A DNA stretch of 32,167 nt from a phage. Every line of letters begins with the position of its first letter. Positions within the stretch are counted from its first letter, which is position 1. The notes beneath the pieces are model-generated. The model did not search any database. It was not told the DNA's origin and saw nothing but the letters and a program-made list of their open reading frames with translations. A program made the translations under genes and the position numbers. The stretch lies in NCBI GenBank assembly GCA_021683455.1, contig GCA_021683455.1_3051.2, one strand, 5' to 3'. This document shows positions 16,919 to 26,631 of this stretch, one piece after another.

Positions 16919-17320
16919 ATGAAACGGTTGATAATTAAAAGATTGAATTTATTGATATGTTGTTTATGTGTAGTAGTTGCATATGGTTATTACGCAATTA
17001 ATGATTATATGCATTATAAAGATTATGATGTTACTGTAGTTAATACCATTACAGGAACACAAGGAAAGGGGTCTAGTTTATCGTTTATTGCCGTATATGA
17101 ACTCAAAGACGGTTATAGATTTAGCGAATATATTTCGCCAGAGATGTATTCTTCAATAGAAAAAGGTGATAATATTACTGTAAGTTTACGTCCTTTCGAC
17201 GTAAAACAGACATTGTTTGATAATATTATTTGGTTCTTTGGAATGGCATTAGTTCAATCTATATGTGGTACTTATATAGTCTGTTCAATCTTATTCCGCG
17301 TAATTGGTAAAATTGAGTGA
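16919..17320 (+). CDS. membrane protein
   Basis: Hydrophobic helices at N- and C-terminus. Confidence 0.5.
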   Translation: MKRLIIKRLNLLICCLCVVVAYGYYAINDYMHYKDYDVTVVNTITGTQGKGSSLSFIAVYELKDGYRFSEYISPEMYSSIEKGDNITVSLRPFDVKQTLFDNIIWFFGMALVQSICGTYIVCSILFRVIGKIE

Positions 17321-17327
17321 GGAAAAT

Positions 17328-18215
17328 ATGTCAGTAGTAATTAATAATGTCAATACAGTAATTAAATCTTTAGTTAATAAAAAATTGAATGAATGGACTG
17401 TACTTCGTCGTGGAGAGCCAGATAAATTTTTTCATAGATTTAACCCAACTTTGGATTTGAATGTTATTGACAGAGATGTTCATGCTGAAATTTTAGATAA
17501 ATTTAAAGTTGATATTGGATTTGGATTAGAAAAACATTTACAGCGAACAAACGGATCTGGAATGAGTTTATCTAATCGCATCATGAAAGCCCTTAATAAA
17601 ATTGGAGCATTGTCTCGTATTAACGCGAGTGAAATTCTTCGTAATTATAATAAAGGATATGACCTTTATGGTCGACTAATGCCAAAATTATCATTTGACC
17701 AAATGATTGCAGATTTGTGGGAAAATCAACGACGATTATTAGCATTAGGCGCTCGATTAGCTAAAGGTCTAGATAAACAAATGATTTTTAAGACCAATAA
17801 TACAGAAGACCTTAAATGCTTTAAATTTAGTACTCGTGGAGATGATTATTACATCAGAGCTCGCTCTACTGATTATGTCAATATGGGTCATCATCTCTGT
17901 TTAGCTTTTGAAGTTTTAAAAGAATCTGGAACATTAGAATATTCATCTGGTGCAAAATGTCCAATTGGTTCAAGTTGTATTTTAATTTATCGCCCGGATG
18001 AATCCAGTTCAACTAAATTGCCTACAAAACCTGTACCAGTTCGTAGTAACGAAAAACATTCTGAACAAATTGATTATTTTAATAAGCAAATTGAAGAGCT
18101 GAATATTTCTATTCAACAATATGACGATGAAATATTCAGACTATCTGGATTGAGTAGTAAAGCTAAATCTGAGCATGAAAAGTTAATTAAAATTGTTGAT
18201 TTACTTAAATCTTAA
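17328..18215 (+). CDS. hypothetical protein with C-terminal coiled-coil (array member 1)
   Basis: GAGGAAA SD then ATG 17328; ~250-aa body, Lys/Pro linker, ~45-aa amphipathic C-terminal helix. Confidence 0.55.
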   Translation: MSVVINNVNTVIKSLVNKKLNEWTVLRRGEPDKFFHRFNPTLDLNVIDRDVHAEILDKFKVDIGFGLEKHLQRTNGSGMSLSNRIMKALNKIGALSRINASEILRNYNKGYDLYGRLMPKLSFDQMIADLWENQRRLLALGARLAKGLDKQMIFKTNNTEDLKCFKFSTRGDDYYIRARSTDYVNMGHHLCLAFEVLKESGTLEYSSGAKCPIGSSCILIYRPDESSSTKLPTKPVPVRSNEKHSEQIDYFNKQIEELNISIQQYDDEIFRLSGLSSKAKSEHEKLIKIVDLLKS

Positions 18216-18223
18216 GGAACACT

Positions 18224-19243
18224 ATGAAAACTCGTTCTCAAATTGAAGATATGGTTCGTAATGCCAGCTATACTCGTGATGTTATGACATTTTTGTGCCA
18301 AAATAATTTAGACCCTGATAGAGTTAATAGTTCCATTCACTTTAAGTATATGAATAGCAGTGAATGGTTACGTCATTTTAGTAAAGCGGGATATATTACA
18401 CAAATGACTGCTCGTGAGCAGCTCACCGATTTCTGTAAAACTATTGATTATAAAAATCCTCTATTTGTTCAAGGCGTTGGTCAGAGTAAGGTCGATTTAT
18501 CAACAGGATTTTTTAATCCAAATCATTATCGTCTTGAATGGAGATTTATTGCTCTATTCCGTAAACAATTAAAGCAAATTTTGTCGACAGCTAGTCGATT
18601 AAAAGGTTCTGACATTAACTTAAAGAACCTGAAATTTGATGGTTATACTCTTCAGATGGAAGTAAGACCATTAAAAGAAAATAATAGAACTGCACGAATT
18701 AGCTTTAAACCTAATACAAAAAATTCTCTTTCAATTTGTGAATGCCTTAAATCACAGTTGACAGAAGCATTTAAGTATATGGATGTTGTTGCCGCTGTTC
18801 AGTCTAAGATTTTACCTCGTTTTGAACGATTTAAGTTAGATACAACATCATATGAACTTGATATGATCGTTTCATTTAAATACGATTTTTTGAGAAAGGA
18901 CGAAGTCCCGCAAGAGAAAAAGCAGGAAGTACAAGATAACTTAAATTTATCCAATTACTTATCAAACGATCCTAAATTTTGGATGTATAGTTCAGGTAAT
19001 AATGATGCATGGAAATTCAATAAAGTGAATTTTCTTCCTGTTGAAAATCCGAGTCTTAAACCTGTTGAAAAATGGCACGCGGATGCGATTGAGAAGTCTA
19101 TCAAGGCAGTAGATGATGAACTCGTTAAAGCGACCAATGAAGTGCTAGAAGCTGAAAAGATGCTAGAAAAAGCACAAGAAAAAGTCAAAAATCTTACGAA
19201 GCAACGTTCTAAACTGAACAATGCACTAAATGCACTAAACTAG
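18224..19243 (+). CDS. hypothetical protein with C-terminal coiled-coil (array member 2)
   Basis: AAGGAA SD; 339 aa; C-terminal heptad-like helix. Confidence 0.6.
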   Translation: MKTRSQIEDMVRNASYTRDVMTFLCQNNLDPDRVNSSIHFKYMNSSEWLRHFSKAGYITQMTAREQLTDFCKTIDYKNPLFVQGVGQSKVDLSTGFFNPNHYRLEWRFIALFRKQLKQILSTASRLKGSDINLKNLKFDGYTLQMEVRPLKENNRTARISFKPNTKNSLSICECLKSQLTEAFKYMDVVAAVQSKILPRFERFKLDTTSYELDMIVSFKYDFLRKDEVPQEKKQEVQDNLNLSNYLSNDPKFWMYSSGNNDAWKFNKVNFLPVENPSLKPVEKWHADAIEKSIKAVDDELVKATNEVLEAEKMLEKAQEKVKNLTKQRSKLNNALNALN

Positions 19244-19272
19244 TTTACTTCGCCACAAGGATGTGGTATAAT
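19243..19272 (+). promoter_or_regulatory. early promoter (GTTTAC 19243-19248; TGGTATAAT 19264-19272)
   Basis: 18-nt spacing. Confidence 0.75.
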
Positions 19273-19300
19273 GTTCTTACTTTCTAATGAGGAGATTAAT

Positions 19301-20302
19301 ATGACTCGTAACGAATATATCAAATCATTCAATAGCGTTATTGATGATAAAGTTAAACCTATGTCTAGTAAGAATAGTGTGATTTTTATTATCAATCAAT
19401 GGCTCAATAATACTGATGCAAGTATTGTTTCTTCCGGCAAATTTATTCATGAAGTTCGTGAAATTTCTAGTCGTACAGATAAAGATGACATTAAGAAAAC
19501 CTTTAAAGGGTCTCGTCTTCTTTCATACTTAGTCAACAGAGATATTCTTAGTAAATTTGGGAAAGAAATTAAACGAACTAAAGATGTAGTAGGATATAAT
19601 TGGTTCGGTGATGTTAATTCTTATCATCTTAATAATAAAGAAGACCCTGAGAATATTTTTACTCGTCGTTGGATTAGTAATTTCAGACTTTTCAAAGGAC
19701 AAATTCTAAAATCAGCTTCTAAATTATGTTATGGCGATTATCGTCAAATTCATCCTTTGGCTTCTGATATGATTATCATAAAAGAATATGAACTTGATAA
19801 AAATAAAGTAGCTATTTTTGTGAATTATGAATTTTTTACACCAGAAGCTAACCAAAAGAATATTAATAAATTTTTCTCAATTGCTAGCACTATAACTCAT
19901 CAATTAGAGACGGCTTTGGATTGTATGGAAACTGTAAAAAGTATTCATACATATCCTTTCAAAAATATTGGTGGTTGGGAAGGATATAAAATTGTAATTA
20001 GTCTTCGTGAAGTGAAATGTGCTTATTCACTAACTGATAAAGAAATTTACCAACAAAAATGCGAAGAAATTGTGAATACTCCTAAAGAAGAAACTACCCT
20101 TGAGGAACTAATGGATAATCTTGACGATTCACTTGAACCGGTAGAAATTCGTCCAGAAGTTGTTGCACTAGAAAAAGCTTATAAAGAAGTTCTAGAAATT
20201 TCTAATAAAGCGCAGAAAGAATATGAGAAGGCTAAAAAGATTTGGGAAGAATCTGTTAATCGCTTGGATCGTCTTGAACAAGCTTTACAGTTAATTAAGT
20301 AA
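19301..20302 (+). CDS. hypothetical protein with C-terminal coiled-coil (array member 3)
   Basis: GAGGAG SD then ATG 19301; early promoter upstream; 333 aa. Confidence 0.6.
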   Translation: MTRNEYIKSFNSVIDDKVKPMSSKNSVIFIINQWLNNTDASIVSSGKFIHEVREISSRTDKDDIKKTFKGSRLLSYLVNRDILSKFGKEIKRTKDVVGYNWFGDVNSYHLNNKEDPENIFTRRWISNFRLFKGQILKSASKLCYGDYRQIHPLASDMIIIKEYELDKNKVAIFVNYEFFTPEANQKNINKFFSIASTITHQLETALDCMETVKSIHTYPFKNIGGWEGYKIVISLREVKCAYSLTDKEIYQQKCEEIVNTPKEETTLEELMDNLDDSLEPVEIRPEVVALEKAYKEVLEISNKAQKEYEKAKKIWEESVNRLDRLEQALQLIK

Positions 20303-20353
20303 TTTAAAGCCAAGGATGGCTCGGAGTATAAATCATTAACAAGTGAGAAGAAC

Positions 20354-21280
20354 ATGAAAACTCGTAAACATTATATTGATTATTTTGACAGTCTTATTAC
20401 TAAACATCGTAATTATCAGATCGGACACAGAGCAGTAATCAATAATATTCTTCGTGATTTCCTTCAATATGTTGGCCAGGAAAATCATATCTGTAAAGAT
20501 ACTCAAAACGCTTATTCTCATTCGTTAGGCAATTTGCTCGAGTGGTTCAAACGTTCCCGATTACTATCTTCTGTGATAGCTGTTAATAATGTTAAAAAAT
20601 TTATGTATCCGAGCTACATTAAGACTAATGTAACAAATGCTAGTGTTGTTACATTTAATATTATTAACGACGTGAAAAGAACTTATTTAGAAGAATGGTT
20701 TTCTAAAGATAGTAAAGAAAAATTTGCCAGTGAATTTTCACACGAATTCAATAATAACGTGAATATGCTTTTTAAGCATTCTCGTAGACTGTTTTGTCAT
20801 GGTGATAATCGTACTATTAATGTGAATGTAAAAGACTGGGTTACGGCTAAATTCACTCCATCGTCCCAGAATGGACAATTTGATTTGTCAATTATCATTT
20901 GTGCTCCGCATGAGATATATAAAAATCTTCCGTATATGAAACCACGCGAAGCTAATAAACACAATGAAACTATTAGTTCTTTGTCTTATAATTTGCATGA
21001 GTTATTATCTAATATGGATGTAGTTAAATCATTTGATGATAATACGAATTATGGTCTTTCACTGTTTGAAACTAAATTTGTTATTAAGTTAAAGGACCCT
21101 AGTGAATTTAAATCTGCACCAAAACCCAATCATGGGAATGATACTATGAAAGAAGAACGTGAATATCTCAATGCCCGTTTGATTGAAGTTGAAAAACAAA
21201 TTGAAGAGCATACTAAAGTTCTTAAGGCTTTAACCGCCAAAGCAAATGGTTTACGTAATGCTATTGAGGTATTGAAATGA
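20354..21280 (+). CDS. hypothetical protein with C-terminal coiled-coil (array member 4)
   Basis: GTGAGAAGAA then ATG 20354; 308 aa. Confidence 0.6.
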   Translation: MKTRKHYIDYFDSLITKHRNYQIGHRAVINNILRDFLQYVGQENHICKDTQNAYSHSLGNLLEWFKRSRLLSSVIAVNNVKKFMYPSYIKTNVTNASVVTFNIINDVKRTYLEEWFSKDSKEKFASEFSHEFNNNVNMLFKHSRRLFCHGDNRTINVNVKDWVTAKFTPSSQNGQFDLSIIICAPHEIYKNLPYMKPREANKHNETISSLSYNLHELLSNMDVVKSFDDNTNYGLSLFETKFVIKLKDPSEFKSAPKPNHGNDTMKEEREYLNARLIEVEKQIEEHTKVLKALTAKANGLRNAIEVLK

Positions 21281-21666
21281 AAAAGCGTTTATTAGAAGAC
21301 ATTGCAGCTTCAAGTAATTCCAGTCTAATTAAAATTATTATGGCTGGTGAAGAAGACGATTTGGAAATGCGTGGAAAGATTCACGGCTGCGACGATTTAG
21401 ATTTTAAACCTCCAGCATGGGATGCTATTATGGCTATGGTTGAACGGCGTGAAAGAGCTTCTAAAAACGTTCCTAATTGCCCTGAATGCGGTACTGAACA
21501 AGTTCAATTGATTAACTGGCGTAAACCAGAGCTTGAATATAAATGCCGTCAATGTAAACATAAATTCAGTAAGCATGCTCCGGAAATGGTTAAATTGCCT
21601 GACTCTACTGAGTTCTTTAAAGAACTTGTGAGTGTTCAACCAATGCCTAATAATATTTTGGATTAA
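21277..21666 (+). CDS. zinc-ribbon protein
   Basis: ATGA overlap; CPECG...CRQCKHKF four-Cys ribbon. Confidence 0.5.
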   Translation: MKKRLLEDIAASSNSSLIKIIMAGEEDDLEMRGKIHGCDDLDFKPPAWDAIMAMVERRERASKNVPNCPECGTEQVQLINWRKPELEYKCRQCKHKFSKHAPEMVKLPDSTEFFKELVSVQPMPNNILD

Positions 21667-21668
21667 AA

Positions 21669-21911
21669 ATGACCAAGCGTAAAGAATATATGGAGGCTGC
21701 TGAAAAGGCAGTCCGTGAATTAGCAATAGCTTATTATAATGAACATGGTAAATTTCCTGATAGATACAGCGTGCTTAAATCTGCTTTAACTCGTTCATAT
21801 AAAAATATGCTATCAGAAGTAAGTGATATTATATACAAACATAAAGAACAAACGGGCCAAAGTCTTGATTACGACGAGACTTTTAAACAAGTACTAGGAA
21901 TTAAGGAATAA
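21669..21911 (+). CDS. hypothetical protein
   Basis: 80-aa ORF immediately upstream of nrdC. Confidence 0.5.
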   Translation: MTKRKEYMEAAEKAVRELAIAYYNEHGKFPDRYSVLKSALTRSYKNMLSEVSDIIYKHKEQTGQSLDYDETFKQVLGIKE

Positions 21912-21912
21912 T

Positions 21913-22176
21913 ATGTTTAAAGTATATGGTTATGATAGCAACATCCATAAATGTGTGTATTGTGATAATGCAAAACGTCTTTTGACCGTGAAGAAACAGC
22001 CGTTTGAATTTATCAACATTATGCCGGAAAAAGGTGTTTTTGATGATGAGAAAATCGCTGAGCTTCTGACTAAACTAGGTCGTGATACTCAAATCGGCTT
22101 GACAATGCCCCAGGTATTTGCTCCTGATGGAAGTCATATTGGTGGATTTGACCAACTGCGAGAATATTTTAAATGA
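21913..22176 (+). CDS. nrdC: phage thioredoxin/glutaredoxin (ribonucleotide reductase hydrogen donor)
   Basis: 87 aa with CVYC redox motif; matches T4 thioredoxin as I recall it (MFKVYGYDSNIHKCVYCDNAKRLL...). Confidence 0.9.
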   Translation: MFKVYGYDSNIHKCVYCDNAKRLLTVKKQPFEFINIMPEKGVFDDEKIAELLTKLGRDTQIGLTMPQVFAPDGSHIGGFDQLREYFK

Positions 22177-22388
22177 TGCTCGAAGGAACTGACTATATTC
22201 ATGATTACCGCGGAAGCGCGGTATATGTAGGTGATGAAGTTGCAGTTTATTATGGGTATGGAACTTTGATGACAGCCAAGGTTATTCAAATTAAAAATAA
22301 TCGTGCTAAACTCGAAGTTTATTATTCTAATGGTGAAAAGTCTATTTCTAAGTGGAAATACGGCGATTGTATGGTTAAATTGGGGTAA
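22173..22388 (+). CDS. hypothetical protein
   Basis: ATGA overlap with nrdC stop; 71 aa. Confidence 0.5.
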   Translation: MMLEGTDYIHDYRGSAVYVGDEVAVYYGYGTLMTAKVIQIKNNRAKLEVYYSNGEKSISKWKYGDCMVKLG

Positions 22389-22390
22389 AT

Positions 22391-22561
22391 ATGATTTACG
22401 ATATTAGTGTATCAAGAACTCCGTCAATGGTTACTATTCCAGCCGAAGAACTAGATCGTCTTCAGAAAATTGAAGAACTTCTTTGGGAAATTGAATGTGC
22501 CCTGCCATCAGGACTAGAATCCTGGATTGACGATGAAGAACTTAATAAATTGCGAAATTAA
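22391..22561 (+). CDS. small hypothetical protein (56 aa)
   Basis: ATG 22391 after TGGGG; below track cutoff. Confidence 0.35.
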   Translation: MIYDISVSRTPSMVTIPAEELDRLQKIEELLWEIECALPSGLESWIDDEELNKLRN

Positions 22562-22571
22562 TTGGTGAAAA

Positions 22572-22892
22572 ATGACTATTGAAAATAAATTAGATGTTGA
22601 TGCAGTTCTGAGCGAAATCATTGAAGACCATGATGCATTTTCGGAAAACTATGATTTCGATTTTTCCGATTATCTTAAACCTGTCGAAATAGAAGACTGG
22701 GTGCAAGATGGTAAATGCCAATATCGTCAGTGTGTTTACTTTAGTCCAAAACATAATGTACATGTAGCGGTAAATGAATCTCGGTCAGGTTCTTATCATT
22801 CTGACTGGTATTATGCAGTTTCGACTGTTGAACTAGTCGAGCCCCGTGAACGTGTAGTAACTCAGATAGTACGAGAATGGATTACGCTATAA
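22572..22892 (+). CDS. hypothetical acidic protein
   Basis: 106-aa ORF. Confidence 0.5.
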   Translation: MTIENKLDVDAVLSEIIEDHDAFSENYDFDFSDYLKPVEIEDWVQDGKCQYRQCVYFSPKHNVHVAVNESRSGSYHSDWYYAVSTVELVEPRERVVTQIVREWITL

Positions 22893-23015
22893 AACCTTGG
22901 TGGGCGGCTAGATGGGAAACTGTAGAGCCAGAGCCGGAAGAACCGGTTTACACTGATGAAGAAACAGTATATAATGAACCAACGATAAATGACTTAATTG
23001 ATATGGAGATGGGAC

Positions 23016-23501
23016 ATGATTACAGTAGATAAGTGGTTTAGAATTAATCGTGCTGATACGGGGCTGTGTAATTACTGGCCGGAACTTAGTGCAGGTACTG
23101 TCTTTAAAGTTCGTGAACTTGCAAAAGAATGTGAAGATGATATAGAGCCTGACACTGGAATTATTGAAATTGAACTTTCTGATGGAAAGATTATTAACAT
23201 CTACGATAAGCCAATTACGTATTGGTGCTTGTGGAATACTGAATCAGTCGAAAATGGCGAAATTGAAGAAGTTGTAGAGCGAACTAATCAAGTTGTTCAG
23301 AAGCCTAAAGCCGATTTTCAAGGTGAACGTATTTCATACGCATTAGCTAAATTAGCTGCGCAAGAAAATAACGATGGCTATGAAGGTAACCTGATGCAAG
23401 CTGCCGCAGAATACATTGAATGGCTTGAAACTCAAATTTCTTTTTCTGACCAAAAGATTCGGCAATATAAGCGATTGAATCAAATGTTTTACAATACTTG
23501 A
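23016..23501 (+). CDS. pin: probable Pin (inhibitor of host Lon protease)
   Basis: 161 aa from ATG 23016 (GGAGATGGGA SD), same length and position as T4 pin; sequence identity not verified. Confidence 0.5.
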   Translation: MITVDKWFRINRADTGLCNYWPELSAGTVFKVRELAKECEDDIEPDTGIIEIELSDGKIINIYDKPITYWCLWNTESVENGEIEEVVERTNQVVQKPKADFQGERISYALAKLAAQENNDGYEGNLMQAAAEYIEWLETQISFSDQKIRQYKRLNQMFYNT

Positions 23502-23512
23502 AAATAATAAAT

Positions 23513-23537
23513 ACCCTTATCTATTTAAGGTAAGGGT
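23513..23537 (+). promoter_or_regulatory. hairpin sequestering the gene 49 ribosome-binding site
   Basis: ACCCTTA (23513-23519) pairs with TAAGGGT (23531-23537) then T-tract before ATG 23544; AATAAATA late-promoter-like octamer at 23506-23513; same arrangement described for T4 gene 49. Confidence 0.55.
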
Positions 23538-23543
23538 TTTATT

Positions 23544-24017
23544 ATGTTATTGACTGGCAAATTATATAAAGAAGAAAAACAGAAATTTTATGATGCACAA
23601 AACGGTAAATGCTTAATTTGCCAACGAGAACTAAATCCTGATGTTCAAGCTAATCACCTTGACCATGACCATGAATTAAATGGACCAAAAGCAGGAAAGG
23701 TACGTGGATTGCTTTGTAATCTCTGTAATGCCGCAGAAGGTCAAATGAAGCATAAATTTAATCGTTCTGGCTTAAAGGGACAAGGTGTTGATTATCTTGA
23801 ATGGTTAGAAAATTTACTTACTTATTTAAAATCCGATTACACCCAAAATAATATTCACCCTAACTTTGTTGGAGATAAATCAAAGGAATTTTCTCGTTTA
23901 GGAAAAGAGGAAATGATGGCCGAGATGCTTCAAAGAGGATTTGAATATAATGAATCTGACACTAAAACACAATTAATAGCTTCATTTAAGAAGCAGCTTA
24001 GAAAGAGTTTAAAATGA
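23544..24017 (+). CDS. 49: recombination endonuclease VII (Holliday-junction resolvase)
   Basis: 157 aa; N-terminal Cys cluster CLICQ...HLDHDHELNG...CNLCN; matches T4 gp49 as I recall it. Confidence 0.9.
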   Translation: MLLTGKLYKEEKQKFYDAQNGKCLICQRELNPDVQANHLDHDHELNGPKAGKVRGLLCNLCNAAEGQMKHKFNRSGLKGQGVDYLEWLENLLTYLKSDYTQNNIHPNFVGDKSKEFSRLGKEEMMAEMLQRGFEYNESDTKTQLIASFKKQLRKSLK

Positions 24018-25831
24018 CAATTGAAAAAGAAATTGAAGGATTGATTCATAAAACTAATAAAGACCTTTTAAACGAGAATGCTAATAAAGATTCTCGTGTT
24101 TTTCCAACTCAACGGGACCTTATGGCTGGTATTGTGTCTAAACACATTGCCAAAAATATGGTCCCGTCTTTTATTATGAAAGCGCATGAAAGCGGAATTA
24201 TTCATTTCCACGATATTGATTATTCCCCTGCTCTTCCATTTACTAATTGTTGTTTAGTAGATTTAAAAGGAATGCTTGAGAACGGATTTAAGCTTGGTAA
24301 TGCACAGATTGAAACTCCTAAATCAATCGGTGTTGCTACTGCAATTATGGCACAAATTACTGCACAGGTTGCTTCCCATCAATACGGCGGAACGACTTTT
24401 GCTAATGTAGATAAAGTACTTTCTCCTTATGTTAAACGCACCTATGCAAAACATATTGAGGATGCAGAAAAATGGCAAATCGCTGATGCGTTGAATTATG
24501 CTCAATCTAAAACAGAAAAAGATGTATACGATGCATTCCAAGCTTATGAATATGAAGTAAATACTCTCTTTAGCTCAAACGGACAAACACCTTTTGTAAC
24601 AATTACATTTGGTACAGGAACTGACTGGACTGAACGAATGATTCAGAAAGCAATTCTGAAAAATCGTATTAAAGGTCTTGGTCGTGATGGGATAACTCCT
24701 ATTTTCCCTAAACTTGTTATGTTCGTTGAAGAAGGTGTTAATCTTTATAAAGACGACCCGAACTATGATATTAAGCAGCTTGCTTTAGAGTGCGCAAGCA
24801 AAAGAATGTATCCTGACATCATTTCGGCTAAGAACAATAAAGCTATCACCGGCTCATCTATTCCTGTTTCTCCAATGGGTTGTCGTAGTTTCTTGAGCGT
24901 ATGGAAAGATTCGACTGGCAATGAAATTCTTGATGGACGTAATAATCTCGGTGTTGTAACACTGAATCTTCCTCGTATCGCATTAGATTCTTATATTGGA
25001 ATACAGTTCAATGAACAGAAATTTGTTGAATTATTCAATGAACGAATGGATTTATGTTTTGAAGCTTTGATGTGTAGAATTAGTTCCTTAAAAGGAGTTA
25101 AAGCGACTGTTGCTCCTATTCTTTACCAAGAAGGTGCATTCGGGGTTCGTCTTAAACCTGATGACGATATAATTGAGTTATTTAAAAATGGCAGAAGTTC
25201 AGTGTCTCTAGGATACATTGGTATTCACGAATTGAATATTCTTGTCGGTCGTGATATTGGACAGGAAATTTTAACTAAAATGAATGCTCGTCTTAAGCAG
25301 TGGACTGAAAGAACCGGATTTGCTTTTAGTTTATATTCGACTCCTGCTGAAAACCTTTGTTATCGCTTCTGTAAACTCGATACCGAAAAATATGGAAGTG
25401 TAAAGGATGTTACCGATAAAGGCTGGTACACTAACAGTTTCCATGTTTCAGTAGAAGAAAATATTACTCCGTTTGAAAAGATTTCTCGCGAAGCGCCGTA
25501 TCATTTCATTGCGACAGGCGGTCACATTTCTTATGTTGAACTTCCAGATATGAAAAACAATTTAAAGGGTCTTGAGGCTGTCTGGGATTATGCTGCACAA
25601 CATTTAGATTATTTTGGTGTTAATATGCCGGTAGATAAATGTTTTACATGCGGAAGTACCCATGAAATGACTCCTACTGAAAACGGATTTGTTTGTTCTA
25701 TCTGTGGAGAAACTGATCCTAAAAAGATGAACACAATAAGAAGAACATGTGGTTATTTGGGAAATCCAAACGAACGTGGATTTAATCTCGGTAAAAATAA
25801 AGAAATCATGCATAGGGTTAAACACCAATGA
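24014..25831 (+). CDS. nrdD: anaerobic (class III) ribonucleoside-triphosphate reductase
   Basis: 605 aa; C-terminal glycyl-radical motif RRTCGYLG and Cys cluster CFTCGS...CSICG; ATGA overlap with gene 49. Confidence 0.97.
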   Translation: MTIEKEIEGLIHKTNKDLLNENANKDSRVFPTQRDLMAGIVSKHIAKNMVPSFIMKAHESGIIHFHDIDYSPALPFTNCCLVDLKGMLENGFKLGNAQIETPKSIGVATAIMAQITAQVASHQYGGTTFANVDKVLSPYVKRTYAKHIEDAEKWQIADALNYAQSKTEKDVYDAFQAYEYEVNTLFSSNGQTPFVTITFGTGTDWTERMIQKAILKNRIKGLGRDGITPIFPKLVMFVEEGVNLYKDDPNYDIKQLALECASKRMYPDIISAKNNKAITGSSIPVSPMGCRSFLSVWKDSTGNEILDGRNNLGVVTLNLPRIALDSYIGIQFNEQKFVELFNERMDLCFEALMCRISSLKGVKATVAPILYQEGAFGVRLKPDDDIIELFKNGRSSVSLGYIGIHELNILVGRDIGQEILTKMNARLKQWTERTGFAFSLYSTPAENLCYRFCKLDTEKYGSVKDVTDKGWYTNSFHVSVEENITPFEKISREAPYHFIATGGHISYVELPDMKNNLKGLEAVWDYAAQHLDYFGVNMPVDKCFTCGSTHEMTPTENGFVCSICGETDPKKMNTIRRTCGYLGNPNERGFNLGKNKEIMHRVKHQ

Positions 25832-26298
25832 ATTATGATAGATTTTATCCTTGCGATTTTGTGAATGGCCCTGGTTGCAGGGTCGTTCTTTTCGTTACAG
25901 GTTGTTTGCATAAATGTGAAGGGTGTTATAATAAATCAACATGGAATGCTAGAAATGGTATTCCATTCACTGGTGAAACACTAGAACAATTAATTGAATG
26001 TTTGAATAATGATTATATAGAAGGATTAACTATAACTGGGGGTGACCCTCTTTATCCTGATAACAGAGACGTGATTCACTCTGTTGTTCAAACTATTAAA
26101 AATCTTTATCCCAATAAAAGCATTTGGTTGTGGACAGGATATAAGTTTGAAGATATTAAACAACTAGAAATGCTTAAATATGTTGATGTTATTATTGATG
26201 GGAAGTATGAGAAAAATCTTCCGACTAAAAAGCTGTGGCGAGGATCAGATAATCAGCGACTTTGGTCAAATACCGATGGGGTGTGGACACATGATTAA
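25828..26298 (+). CDS. nrdG: anaerobic RNR activating enzyme (radical SAM)
   Basis: 156 aa; Cys motif CLHKCEGC; ATGA overlap with nrdD stop. Confidence 0.93.
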   Translation: MNYDRFYPCDFVNGPGCRVVLFVTGCLHKCEGCYNKSTWNARNGIPFTGETLEQLIECLNNDYIEGLTITGGDPLYPDNRDVIHSVVQTIKNLYPNKSIWLWTGYKFEDIKQLEMLKYVDVIIDGKYEKNLPTKKLWRGSDNQRLWSNTDGVWTHD

Positions 26299-26413
26299 AT
26301 TGAATTACATTATGGATACTATAAATGATATGATTTTTCATTTTGGTCCAGAATTTTATTCGCAATATAGTTTAGTGCTTATCAATGCTTGGTTAATCAA
26401 TTAAGGGTAAAAT

Positions 26414-26629
26414 ATGTATAAATTTCGTAAAGGTTTAGCTGATTTTCTTACAACTGTAACGTTCTTTCTGTTTATGGCAGTTGGAGCTATTTTCCTTATT
26501 CCTTTTATTGTTGTATTTTTCGTGATTAGTTTAATTTCTCCAGAAAAGGGCTTATCTTCTAGTGAGTTCAATGAGCGTCTGGATAAAATTACTAACAAGC
26601 TGAATGCTGTTCTTGATAAAAAGGCTTAA
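26414..26629 (+). CDS. small membrane protein
   Basis: Hydrophobic core FLTTVTFFLFMAVGAIFLIPFIVVFFVISLI. Confidence 0.5.
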   Translation: MYKFRKGLADFLTTVTFFLFMAVGAIFLIPFIVVFFVISLISPEKGLSSSEFNERLDKITNKLNAVLDKKA

Positions 26630-26631
26630 TT

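Noticed and set aside
22877-23031. 51-aa ORF overlapping the pin start
   Set aside because: Short, no clear SD, overlaps pin initiation region; possibly a 49.x-type ORF but not supportable from sequence alone.
24014-25831. Group I intron or homing endonuclease within nrdD
   Set aside because: The ORF is continuous and colinear with a full-length class III reductase; no inserted segment is visible.
26180-26404. 74-aa ORF overlapping the 3' end of nrdG
   Set aside because: Most of it lies within nrdG in another frame; at most a 37-codon ORF from ATG 26290 could be independent, too weak to call.
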